A program made the translations under genes and the position numbers. Shown piece after piece: positions 11,101-19,532 of a DNA stretch of 64,000 nucleotides. The stretch covers positions 124,001 to 188,000 of IMG/VR virus record IMGVR_UViG_3300046653_000093; one strand, written 5' to 3'. Under the pieces are notes generated by a model. It saw nothing but the letters and a program-made list of their open reading frames with translations. It made no database searches and was not told the DNA's origin. Position 1 is the stretch's first letter. Each line of letters opens with the position of its first letter.

Positions 11101-11993
11101 TTGATTTGGTTATTGGCAAGTGTAATCAAACGACGACCGAATGCAGTATCATATTTAGGATCACTGATTTGGTATCCTAGCGTTCTAATATCGTAGGCAA
11201 AGGTATAGCCATCTGAATATTTTATTGTAACTGAAGTTAATTTGGTAACTGGAAGCTTATTCAGCGTCAACGTCAAATCATTATATGTTCCCTTTCCAAT
11301 ACCAAGTACTAAAATCTCATTGGTAACAACATCCCGTTGTAGAGTTATTGGGTCTGATGGGAAACTATCGAAAGCAATTACCCCTTGTATTGTTTCGTCT
11401 GTTGGGGTTAGTCCAACACGCCAAACTTGAAAAGCTCCCTCTTGATTAAGGCGATCCCAAGGACCAAAATTACGAGTTTTCAACTCATCTTTTACGAGAA
11501 TTTCAAGATAATTAGCTGACTTTGCCTGGCCAACATCAGCTTGGGCTTTATTCAATAAATTTGAAGTCTGATTTAATATAGTGCGTACGAATGTTTCACG
11601 AGATAGATTGTAAACACTTTGAGGACCACCCAATAATGTTACTAGGTTATCGCGAGTTGGGTTGTAATCATTCTCGGCTCCTAAGACTCTGGCAACGTTG
11701 GCACGCCCATCTTCAAGCAAGAACTGACGATTGTCTAAGCTTCTGAACTTTACAGCATTTGTAGATTGAAAAACTACCTTGTATCTAGCATATGGAGTTT
11801 GAGGTAATGTGCTAATAATGAAGATATCATCAGCGACCTCAACTGTAAGAACTTCAACATCTGGAACATTTACAACCTCAGACAACACCAATACATTTGA
11901 TTGCCCAATATCAACTGCTAGCGCGGCTGAAAACCTTACCTTAATCGTTCTGCTATCGGCCGCATTTATGTCCAATATTCTAAGATTTGCCAT
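5196..11993 (-). CDS. Very large baseplate wedge protein (P2 gpI/T4 gp7-like core) with LamG/concanavalin-like domains
   Basis: Follows gpJ-like gene. Wedge-like segment LLQNFGTLV...YRDILQGALQTFTQGPTIPAMKELI and C-terminal ALKPAVS; LamG-like strands (EGTLEL, HTIGISW...LYVDG, GILDEIRI, WHRIRASF...LFVDG, FDNLKIS); 16 DGY. Confidence 0.7.
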   Translation of the reverse strand: MANLRILDINAADSRTIKVRFSAALAVDIGQSNVLVLSEVVNVPDVEVLTVEVADDIFIISTLPQTPYARYKVVFQSTNAVKFRSLDNRQFLLEDGRANVARVLGAENDYNPTRDNLVTLLGGPQSVYNLSRETFVRTILNQTSNLLNKAQADVGQAKSANYLEILVKDELKTRNFGPWDRLNQEGAFQVWRVGLTPTDETIQGVIAFDSFPSDPITLQRDVVTNEILVLGIGKGTYNDLTLTLNKLPVTKLTSVTIKYSDGYTFAYDIRTLGYQISDPKYDTAFGRRLITLANNQIKLNDTLKDDPTFVLPSGNDKIVVSYEYKSLGRIIDDTSVSVVQVNQVIREVAPAITTMFSLQNAPVVTAGDKIPTSGGVQFLDPYSATPFIDTHPAFSNEIPYREGGLPNYPGEYSVDYTTGRVFVYGAIKNDGTGDFPPAMNYYYRKTYISRLDYTYVPEFRDLVASPLRELVTQTAKINYLFEQTYVPGIDYVANVHVESLNERVQNRLATLDSLYTINAPITDVFRIYNETTGEIYTLRRITDNKIFFDSRTPPKITNITLERASFASVLNESLILENELVNAFSVRVLKIRVMNQNIMGNTDDVIGSSFNTSVGFSQNDVFVTEVYYDSQELSEIINTNRLSIGQYQINYRDGIIYVGVTNNQSLSIGTVSYKIPVISPVNPHVVSVSQVYNSINPNFGPSKILDYISFGEAAITPTPSLMDVSDERFTNKDPTNPYFVFENTITVTDDIDTLRSLYDAYDLNNHVSPINFADSATISANVITLGGIAQTSQEVVSGTLTITVPFISAGIEVGEVTSVIRVSDGYQLVDGYTYSLGNVIYLSNAFAVSGDVVNVQYTVIMNGEATPIVDYNRGDFFVDYSSVTDELLVSYEWGDNVIDHRTSNTFKEGDTYYTTYSIGALRNSLLQNFGTLVQIPELQVFDEELDREIYRDILQGALQTFTQGPTIPAMKELISSVTQIDPKIVEAAFWSLGVSFLSKVPSSVFGTPYLSAGFFDQGLAVLKAGDGATLPISNNLRLEEGTLELSVITDWDGIDNDATLTFELFKDGYVVPAENIYIGSRCYNPTIANGTFSVNRTDENSPEGLPALIFIRNGIFIYYDTDIKHWKILAKDVPDGYVYSGTVTTSGSFYDVNFVPGLAEDTDILRSGLSTVEFEFHLDGYDVLSPDGYEYGDGYIPGVSFDGIQLMSDDRHYFFDFGKNETQNRFSLYKDGRGYLVFEVWDRGGFGLVQPDRKNVYQVSADIQNWGSGQKHTIGISWSLNSSDRRDEMHLYVDGFETPNLARYGNIPDVASYNRFRTVVPEQIVGVVFANSITGNDLITTQGSNIVISPSLSLSALDDGYTIDIMEQGFGKYVISNASGTQMTLSANMSASLNDARFIINPPQFIVGTEIDIYKNIGVFIVDGYGNEREIPGTRAGVPSYSIDRNTLNQRILTIFDNTLAGDTVLIKTFGLNHRRSKDRVFLWSNNSLLKTGLPPPINLDDVSIKTVVLPLTSIGPENSAVIDGYIFEATFGGTSFIYLIDDFGNFLVDGYGDNLIFGTGPGENADITQPSTFLQNSNALLTEGRILEVRITGDNVNFSVPVTVKLDGYAALGSVTSETLTFTYPGKKLTVNKWQEVDSIIVDVAPIDGYDDSIAVEIKEAYTITQPNGNNLYPVIRFAYQTQSGGSLESDGYGGYTIVRDLQGYFPASIVGNLLKITSPPSSAGIYKIIDKIDNYTIQLDHSVDGYFTNGSYAAYNISIGRSGFQNGFIFLEIAGFTDSAFMLPPGWYDIDFASYLSVPFDPLTKETGIIGNDITLQNPVKGILDEIRILNRQLTDTRIGETIGNNEESITTGATKISPFVKNIDTLALFHCESLPLINDSDFYTFASKEYVQSGSSVNSKFGHSIVIKDRGLIFDNGGLLNTASEGLIEFWISPRYDTYNDPGVRIYFDAAANIIEEDVSITKGRVKLSRRASSVLYVRLVNDTTLQGTEYFNGGSIASDGRTLILNTPLPYQNTPVKVAYIPTGVRGDRLTISKDPQGFICFTINANSKEYQVRQPVFWPRDTWHRIRASFKFNRKDNNDEIRLFVDGEERGAQLFGQGNMLFGQGVIWGQAAVGGVGSQIFRSDINFTDTVQQFSVGQDFAGNFGAQARFDNLKISNKAIDPIVIAGQPRDVYFNSNTDFIYPSITDAFTTFLLDFDKSVQKTDDFAVIYDPTFGIFNFDINIIDSFNIVTGDLRIQTVLEALINALKPAVSTVGIKYVK

Positions 11994-12004
11994 TACTACC
12001 TAAT

Positions 12005-15000
12005 TTATCTAGTATCAAGTTTAGCTAAAACATTGTTCGCTTGTATGTATTGATTACTCTGTGCCGTAATACTTAGTACCTGGCCAGCAGCTCCATCCTT
12101 GTTGAATTCTAAGATTCGAACACGGTCAACTCCATTTACTGTATAAGCCACATTAATAAAATCTGAAGAATCTATGGTCGTAGCCAATGCAGTTGAGTTC
12201 AATGAATTAGTGACTGCATCCTCTACATTTTGAAGAACAACAGCACTAGAAGTATCAAAACCAGGAGAAACGACAATTGCCAAAGTGATATTAACTAAGA
12301 TTGGTACGGCGGCCTTGACTAAAACATCAGCTCCGATAGGTCTTGTTCTTTCGATGTTGAATGTATTGTCCGTAATTACTTGATTTGCATTATAGTGTAT
12401 AGTGATTCTTTCATTTGGCTTAGGAGCTAAATAATCATAATATGCAGTATACCTTGTGCCCTGTACCGGCTGATTCTGAGGCGCAATAGAAAGCGTTGCT
12501 GACTGCGAAGTGGTGGAAGTAAATCCGCTGGAAATTGACACAACATCAACAAATGCAAATCTCTTTTGAGTATACAGAGTCCCACTCTTGCTGAATGATA
12601 CGTTTTCTATATCGCTGGTCTTGCTAATATAGAATGTAACTCTGATCTTATCACCAATCTTTGGCAAATTAGCATTGTTACCAACGGTGTTAGGAATTGC
12701 TATTTGCGTAGGAGTTAGGCTTGAGTTGCTAGTAGCCTCAAATTTAGAAAAACTATTATCACGAATCGAATATCCAAATACATCATAGACATGATCTATA
12801 GAAATCACTTCCGTACCAGATAGTTCCACCTTTTCAAAACCTACCAAACTTATTATTGTAAGATTGGATGGAATTGACTGATTGCTGTTCAAACCCAAAG
12901 CTGTTCGTATCAGGGATGAAAAATCTTGAACCAAACCATTCGCGGTGGCAGTTAATATTTTATCAAAAACTCCCTGGATTGTTGTGCCGGAAACAGTGAT
13001 TACGCCTGGAGAAATAGTTCCAGCAATTGTTAGCTTCAACCTAGTTGGAGCCTTTCTAAGATTGAATTCAATTGGAAGAGCTGTGTTTGGTATCGGCGAA
13101 GGATTTGGAAAGTATATATGAGTTGTCGGTTGAGTTCCAAATATATTACCTGTTCCAAAATAAAACCCATTGTCATTTCTAAAAATTGGCAATGTAGACA
13201 ATGCTGTCGAAGGAACAAGTTGATTGATGTTAGCCAAATAATTGACCTCAACAATCGTCCCGGCAACAACATTGGTTGATGATGGAAGGGTGATTACATT
13301 ATCACTAAAGCTTCCAGAAATACCATTGCTTATGAATTGATCAATGGCATTATACCTTATATTTACTAAATCTCCAATCTGCGCAGTTGTGTCCGTTGGT
13401 AAATAAACAGTAAATCCGCTAAAACTTCCATCTTTGGTACCGGTGTTGAAAACCTCGTCATTATTAGAAGACTCAACTACCGAGACAACATTTGATACCA
13501 AGCCGGTCACAACAACAGCCAACCTATTGCTGATAAGCTGTACAAAGCCATACCCATCAGTAAACACATTAATAGATACAACTGCATTTACCGGATGAGT
13601 AACTGTAACTGTTTTTGTGTTAACTCCAGTTACCACAGACTCTTCTCTGCGCACAACGTTTGAATATCCCCAATCAATACTATCTACAACGTCACGGATG
13701 TTATCAGAGGATACTTTATTATCAAAATCCCAATTTAGATCATAATTGAAAATCCAAACGTAGTCTACTTGAAGAATATCACTTACAGCTGGAAGGGTAG
13801 AACCTGAAATTGTAATGCGGCCGGTGGTGTTTTGGCTCCCTCCGTCTGGATTTTGATTTGTAACTATGTAGCGCTCTCCAGTTGTCTGGTTGAAAACTCT
13901 GGTAACCGCAGTGATTGGGGAGTGAGATAATTGAATGGATGACCGATCTGCCGGACTTACATTGCTATTTTCGTTAACTATTTGAATGTTTTGATTAACT
14001 GCACTAATCAAAGTAACATCAGAAAAATTGGTAGAGTCCTGGCTATTGAATTTACCCTTAGTAATATCCTCTGCTAAATCTCTAATCCTATCATCGACCC
14101 AATGCAAACGATCAAATCCCCATGGGCTTCCAGCGTACACACCGGTGTCTCGCAGCAATTCATAGTTTCCAGATACAACTCTAGATGCATCTACACTCTT
14201 TAGAGCGAAGTTAGAACCGCTAGAAGATCCGGTAATGCTAATGATATTGGTAACTGGCTGATTTGGCAGTTGTTGATTATTGATATCATCAATTCTCTTT
14301 CTAGAGACCGTCTTGTTGGCATCTGTGGTAATTTGCCCAAGAACAAAGTCATTCGAAGGATCAGTTGGATCATCTTTGTTGCTATGATCAAAGTATATGA
14401 ATCCGTCTATAATTTCAACCAAACGGAAGCCATAAGCGTAAAGGTCTACTTTCCCACCAGTCCCTTCAGACACAATCGTCTTGGTGCCATCTGCCGCCGT
14501 GAATACCTGTGTTCCATCGCGAGTCATTAAAGGATCGCCGGGGCCAACCACTAAACAGTCTATGACATCCGAATCTGCTATAATTGTATTCTTATAGCCA
14601 AGAGCAGTTCCGGTATTTGATCCGCTGAAAATACCAAGAATTCTACGTTTGAAAGACGAATCAGTCTCGGCTGAAGCTCCACCTTGAAAGGAAGCTGCAT
14701 TTGTGACATTTGAAACTCCAGGAATCGTAGTATTATTCAGCGAATAACTGGAAATATTTCCATTACTTCCAGTAGATGTGGCTGTTACCTGGGCCTCAAC
14801 GGCATACTGATCTGTGATTGCTGCGAAAGCTAAAGCTGCAGAATACTTCGAGGCAGTGGCTCGATAGGTGTTCTTATTGTTCACAGCTACCGTAAAGGAA
14901 TTGATGACTGTAAACGAAGCTCCATTACTTGCCGTTACCACTCCGCCGGCATTAATTGGAATATCAGCCTCAATTGAATTGAAGGTAAGGATTGCAGTAC

Positions 15001-15262
15001 CAATCGATGGAGACCCTTGCTTACGAGACGCGCCAAAATTGGATGCTAAGGCGTCCAATTCTGAACCTAAAGACAGGAATAGCGATTGAGCTGATTGAAC
15101 GCTCTGCAATTCTTCATACAAGCTTCCCAATTGAACAGCTGGGCCGTCAATAAGAAGATCACGAGCCACCTGACCAGGTTGTAGGTCAAGTTGTGGCTGC
15201 GCAGTTCTGTAAAAATCTATACTTCCGAGAACAATATCATTTGCAGTCCTAACCCGTGCCAT
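12005..15262 (-). CDS. Baseplate wedge protein, gpJ/gp6-like
   Basis: ELDALASNFGASRK, GSNGNI, VTNAASFQGGASAETDSSFKRRI, GTALGY, and C-terminal VNGVDRV; GAGGT RBS. Confidence 0.9.
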   Translation of the reverse strand: MARVRTANDIVLGSIDFYRTAQPQLDLQPGQVARDLLIDGPAVQLGSLYEELQSVQSAQSLFLSLGSELDALASNFGASRKQGSPSIGTAILTFNSIEADIPINAGGVVTASNGASFTVINSFTVAVNNKNTYRATASKYSAALAFAAITDQYAVEAQVTATSTGSNGNISSYSLNNTTIPGVSNVTNAASFQGGASAETDSSFKRRILGIFSGSNTGTALGYKNTIIADSDVIDCLVVGPGDPLMTRDGTQVFTAADGTKTIVSEGTGGKVDLYAYGFRLVEIIDGFIYFDHSNKDDPTDPSNDFVLGQITTDANKTVSRKRIDDINNQQLPNQPVTNIISITGSSSGSNFALKSVDASRVVSGNYELLRDTGVYAGSPWGFDRLHWVDDRIRDLAEDITKGKFNSQDSTNFSDVTLISAVNQNIQIVNENSNVSPADRSSIQLSHSPITAVTRVFNQTTGERYIVTNQNPDGGSQNTTGRITISGSTLPAVSDILQVDYVWIFNYDLNWDFDNKVSSDNIRDVVDSIDWGYSNVVRREESVVTGVNTKTVTVTHPVNAVVSINVFTDGYGFVQLISNRLAVVVTGLVSNVVSVVESSNNDEVFNTGTKDGSFSGFTVYLPTDTTAQIGDLVNIRYNAIDQFISNGISGSFSDNVITLPSSTNVVAGTIVEVNYLANINQLVPSTALSTLPIFRNDNGFYFGTGNIFGTQPTTHIYFPNPSPIPNTALPIEFNLRKAPTRLKLTIAGTISPGVITVSGTTIQGVFDKILTATANGLVQDFSSLIRTALGLNSNQSIPSNLTIISLVGFEKVELSGTEVISIDHVYDVFGYSIRDNSFSKFEATSNSSLTPTQIAIPNTVGNNANLPKIGDKIRVTFYISKTSDIENVSFSKSGTLYTQKRFAFVDVVSISSGFTSTTSQSATLSIAPQNQPVQGTRYTAYYDYLAPKPNERITIHYNANQVITDNTFNIERTRPIGADVLVKAAVPILVNITLAIVVSPGFDTSSAVVLQNVEDAVTNSLNSTALATTIDSSDFINVAYTVNGVDRVRILEFNKDGAAGQVLSITAQSNQYIQANNVLAKLDTR

Positions 15263-15317
15263 GTTACCTCAAAGCTACAAAATAGCATATATCCACTGCT
15301 TTCTGAATACCGGATTA

Positions 15318-15746
15318 TTAGCTAGTTACTACAGCAAAGGAAATAGGCACACTCTGGAAAGCTTTATTGATAACCGTCAGATTCACGAAGTAATATCGAG
15401 GATCATCCTTAGCTTGAACAATGGAGACGTTTTGGACTGCAGAAATTTGCTCTTCAGCTGTTACAATTTGATTGCTCTTTATTTGGTTCTGTTGGAGATC
15501 CTTCAGGCGTTCAATGCTGGCTCGCAATTGCTGAGTTGCAACATCTTGTGCAAAATCTACATCACTAGTTCCAATCAAAACCTGGCTTACTGGAGACCCA
15601 TACGCCGGAAAGAAAGGATTAGACCCCAATTGAGTGCTGACCAGCTTCAGAATATCCTGGGTTAGCTTGTCAGAATCCTCTACAATAGCCAAATCTCCAT
15701 TTTGGATAACTAAATCTCCACCAAAAAGCTTCAAATCAAATGACAT
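15318..15746 (-). CDS. Baseplate wedge/sheath initiator, gp25/gpW-like
   Basis: GDLAIVEDSDKLTQDILKLVSTQLGSNPFFPAYGS signature; size; position before gpJ. Confidence 0.85.
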   Translation of the reverse strand: MSFDLKLFGGDLVIQNGDLAIVEDSDKLTQDILKLVSTQLGSNPFFPAYGSPVSQVLIGTSDVDFAQDVATQQLRASIERLKDLQQNQIKSNQIVTAEEQISAVQNVSIVQAKDDPRYYFVNLTVINKAFQSVPISFAVVTS

Positions 15747-15760
15747 ACACTTATACTCAA

Positions 15761-17398
15761 TTATCCCTTATTTCTTACATCCCCAATTCCGCCATCCTTG
15801 GGAGATCCCTTTAGACGATCAAATATATAATCACCATATTGTAGCAAGCTGGAAACTGCCGATGTTAGCGTTTCATAAGCGGTAACAGAGTTTCCTGGAC
15901 TATTAACTCGATTCTGAGTTGCGTCATTTGCAAGTTCAGTGATACTATTTAACCTAGCCGCAGCGGAGTCATCAATCAAATTAAGTAGTGTTGGAACGTC
16001 CAATGCCCAAAGAGAAAGGTAAATGGCAATAATATCAATGAGGCCAAGCCCACTTACTTCGCCACCAATAATTTCGATTATTCTTAGAGCATCACTACCC
16101 TGTGCTTCCAATGAAGATCTTTTTGAGTTTTCATCAGCTAAATCATTCTCAAAAGTATTAGCCACATTGCTAAATTCAGATATTGTAAAATCGCCATACA
16201 CTAAAGATGAATTATCATCATTGGTTCCAATATCAACTTGTGTCTTTGCAAGAAGAGATTTAACTTTCAATTCAGATAATCTGCGTTCAATTTCCCAAGA
16301 ATCTAGGTAATAGCTTGGGACAACAAACGTAGAATTAACCACAGAACCAGATTCTGGCCCGCCCTCATTAGGCATTGGAATCCAAATTATATCTTTGCCG
16401 ATATCAGCAATTGTCTTCACTGCATTGTAATATACATTAATAAGACCTTTGTATGTCTTGAATAAATCATTTACTGTATATACATCTATCAATCCCTCTT
16501 GGAATAGTCTAGCAGCGTCATCTTCGCTAATTCCAACACCAATCAAACCAGCTTGTGTACTAATATTTGGTACCACTGTTTGAGCAGCTGTAAGCAAACT
16601 CTGTAAAACATTACTTTCACGAAGTTTAGTTCGTATGATAAATTCCAAACCTGGGCGTTTTGCATACTTACCAGATTCATATTCCAAATCTTTTTTATCT
16701 AGAAATGGCTGACCAACTAGCACACTATTAGACCCTGATTTTGGTTCTACATTCGATGTAATAACCAAATCAGTAATGAACGGTGCAAGTGGATGTGATA
16801 CGGTCTCGAACTTATTGACTATTGCAGATCCATCTGAATTCTGGAAAAATCTATTTATATATTGAGTGCGAGCCGGAATTGCCTGTGGTGTTAGCGTAAT
16901 ATCATCAAGTGATCCAACATCAATGGAAAATTTACGCTGACCATTCGGAGTTGCTAGCGAAAGCCCAAAAACAGAGGTGTCGCCATTACGTGCTGAAAAT
17001 AGATTGGTCCTATATTGAGCCCCATTCTCCCTATCAGAAATAGCCTTCTTGACACTATCAGGTATTTTGCCATCTATGCTTTTCTGATGGTCTTTATCCT
17101 TGAGTGGAAAGCCTGGACTAATTAAACTACCATCAGGAGAAATGGTGGGAAGACCAAGCATTCTATAGAACGTATGACATCTGCTTTCCGAAGGTGAGCT
17201 AGATGTGGATAGGTCAGCCTGAATTAAATCACCATTTACAACCGGAGAAACATGACTTCTATACAAATCAATTGGGCGCATAAATTTGGCCACCAAATCA
17301 TTGATGTCTAAATCAATAGCCCTAATATCATCTAATGGATCTTTTGGAAAATGATCCCCGACATTATTAAACCATGTATCTTTGGTAACAGTTACCAT
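15761..17398 (-). CDS. Hypothetical baseplate-region protein
   Basis: 545-aa ORF abutting neighbours within the baseplate operon; no recognisable motif. Confidence 0.6.
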   Translation of the reverse strand: MVTVTKDTWFNNVGDHFPKDPLDDIRAIDLDINDLVAKFMRPIDLYRSHVSPVVNGDLIQADLSTSSSPSESRCHTFYRMLGLPTISPDGSLISPGFPLKDKDHQKSIDGKIPDSVKKAISDRENGAQYRTNLFSARNGDTSVFGLSLATPNGQRKFSIDVGSLDDITLTPQAIPARTQYINRFFQNSDGSAIVNKFETVSHPLAPFITDLVITSNVEPKSGSNSVLVGQPFLDKKDLEYESGKYAKRPGLEFIIRTKLRESNVLQSLLTAAQTVVPNISTQAGLIGVGISEDDAARLFQEGLIDVYTVNDLFKTYKGLINVYYNAVKTIADIGKDIIWIPMPNEGGPESGSVVNSTFVVPSYYLDSWEIERRLSELKVKSLLAKTQVDIGTNDDNSSLVYGDFTISEFSNVANTFENDLADENSKRSSLEAQGSDALRIIEIIGGEVSGLGLIDIIAIYLSLWALDVPTLLNLIDDSAAARLNSITELANDATQNRVNSPGNSVTAYETLTSAVSSLLQYGDYIFDRLKGSPKDGGIGDVRNKG

Positions 17399-19524
17399 TA
17401 TGTACCATCCTCGGCAACATCAGCATCTCCGAATCTCTGCTTATAGCTACCACCCTCTGCGCGATACGAGTAAGATGTCTTATCAATGAATTCATAGGTA
17501 AGAACACTATCGATAATCGCAGTTGGTAATGTATCACTATCTCTATTAACAACTGTAGCAATAGACTCATTATTAACGTAAGCTGTTATCTGGCCACTGC
17601 CGGCCAAATCACTGGTAAGTGACGCAATAAAATCTCCATACCCATCATAAGTAAAGTTAGAGATAGTACCAAATGTTGGAATGGCTTTTATTAAAGCACT
17701 TAATGCTGTAGCAGCATCTGGTGTCACATTCACCGCTAATTGATTGCCTGATTTATCTCTCAATTGAACTGTTACCTGAATATCATTTTTGATAAACTGA
17801 ATGCTTGGATATAGCGAAAAACTACTAGAATATCGATCCGTTGCAGCAATCGTACCCGTGGTATAAAAGTCCAAAGACTGATTCTTCAAAGAATTAAGGC
17901 AATCTGTAATTTCATTTTGGAATATTACTGCGGTATCCTCATTTAGATTTCCACGGAATTTTGCAAGGGCCTGTGTCAAACAAGCTATCGCTCCATCAAC
18001 ATCCGGCAATGGCCCAACCTTATCTAGAACGCTTCTCATATCATTATATTCGGCATTCAATACTGCTGATTCTGAAGCAGTATCAGGTTGGCACATCAAA
18101 CCAATGAGCCCATATTGAATCAGTACCTCGTGATTTATTTTCAGGTTATAGCTAACATCTAAGAAATTGTATCCGTCATCATTTGATGGTAATTGAGATA
18201 AATTCTGAGTCGGTTTGGATACTAATGTTTGGAGAGTGGCCTGAACTCCATTGATGTAATATGGAACATAGCCATCTGGAGTAATCTCAAATACTGAACC
18301 ACCCACTAAGTTCAAAGACCCAGAAGTAATACTAGTATCAAGACTATTATTCCAAGCCGTAGGATATACATTTGGCTTTGTTGTTACGATTACATTTTGA
18401 ACGCTCATATGGCGCTCTATTCCTAAATCAGAAGGATTTCCAAAATTGCTAGGCTTGATAAATATGTTCATATCAAGCGTGTATGGAATTCGAATCAAAG
18501 CTGAGTTGTGATCAAACACATCATTGTTTGGCCAATAAATAAACCCATATTGTGGCGATGGGGTAATGATATCCAAGAATTTAAATTCTGTTGGATGATC
18601 ATCGACAAATTGCCATCGTTGAGGCCTGAGAACAAATGCAGCGGATGATCTCAAGAAATCAAACAAAGGATCTAGTGGAACAATTGAGTCAATTTCCCGC
18701 TGGTAAATTAGGCGACCAGTTTTCAGTATCAAACCATCTGGATTATTACGAATGAATGGCGGGCAAAAATCTGGAGTACAACAATCTTCAGCACCATTAC
18801 CATTCCTATCTCCGCCATTACATACAGAGCGGCCCAAAATTCCCATGAGTGGCTGAATAATGGCAAGTAACGCACTGATGCCCATTAGAATCGTGAATAA
18901 TTGCTCAATTAGACATAATAGAAATGATATCTTTTGAACTGCGGCGAGAGTAGCGTCACTATCATGTACCTGTATTGCACGTAAAAGGATTTTGATATTA
19001 TTTACTATCTGTTTGATGTAGGCAATGATTACTTTGATGATGTATTCTATCAATGCAATGAGAAGTAATATCAACGCCAATATCATAATCAGCAATGCCA
19101 ACCATGGAAACATGGATAGGAAATCTGGTAAGCATCTCTTAAATAAACGCCTAATGGCCTTCAAGGTTGACCATGGATTCATCAGAGCGCAGAAGACATC
19201 TATGATACAAAGTATCATATTCAACAATGCCTGAATGAATTTGTAGATACCTAAGAATGGAGCTATCTGATTGAATAAGCTGGCCAAGGCATCCCAAATG
19301 CCTTTGGTCATAGCATCTGTATTTGGCTGCAATTTAATCCCACCAGGGAACATGGCAAAGATTGTTTCAATCAGATTTATCAGATCTTCTGGAACGCCAG
19401 CTGGAAGGGACAGATCGCCAAATGGATTCTTTGGTACTGAAAATGGCAAACCAAGGCCTGGGATCTGTGGGCTAGGTCCCGGTGGTCCAATCGTAATGTT
19501 AGTATCAGCTGGATTGCAAACCAT
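17398..19524 (-). CDS. Baseplate-region protein with hydrophobic helices and a C-terminal invasin-like Ig domain
   Basis: FPWLALLIMILALILLLIALIEYII hydrophobic stretch; VTVQLRDKSGNQL...GTISNFTYDGYGDFIASLTSDLAGSGQITAYVN matches the Big_1/invasin-D3 pattern. Confidence 0.6.
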   Translation of the reverse strand: MVCNPADTNITIGPPGPSPQIPGLGLPFSVPKNPFGDLSLPAGVPEDLINLIETIFAMFPGGIKLQPNTDAMTKGIWDALASLFNQIAPFLGIYKFIQALLNMILCIIDVFCALMNPWSTLKAIRRLFKRCLPDFLSMFPWLALLIMILALILLLIALIEYIIKVIIAYIKQIVNNIKILLRAIQVHDSDATLAAVQKISFLLCLIEQLFTILMGISALLAIIQPLMGILGRSVCNGGDRNGNGAEDCCTPDFCPPFIRNNPDGLILKTGRLIYQREIDSIVPLDPLFDFLRSSAAFVLRPQRWQFVDDHPTEFKFLDIITPSPQYGFIYWPNNDVFDHNSALIRIPYTLDMNIFIKPSNFGNPSDLGIERHMSVQNVIVTTKPNVYPTAWNNSLDTSITSGSLNLVGGSVFEITPDGYVPYYINGVQATLQTLVSKPTQNLSQLPSNDDGYNFLDVSYNLKINHEVLIQYGLIGLMCQPDTASESAVLNAEYNDMRSVLDKVGPLPDVDGAIACLTQALAKFRGNLNEDTAVIFQNEITDCLNSLKNQSLDFYTTGTIAATDRYSSSFSLYPSIQFIKNDIQVTVQLRDKSGNQLAVNVTPDAATALSALIKAIPTFGTISNFTYDGYGDFIASLTSDLAGSGQITAYVNNESIATVVNRDSDTLPTAIIDSVLTYEFIDKTSYSYRAEGGSYKQRFGDADVAEDGT

Positions 19525-19532
19525 GATTCACC

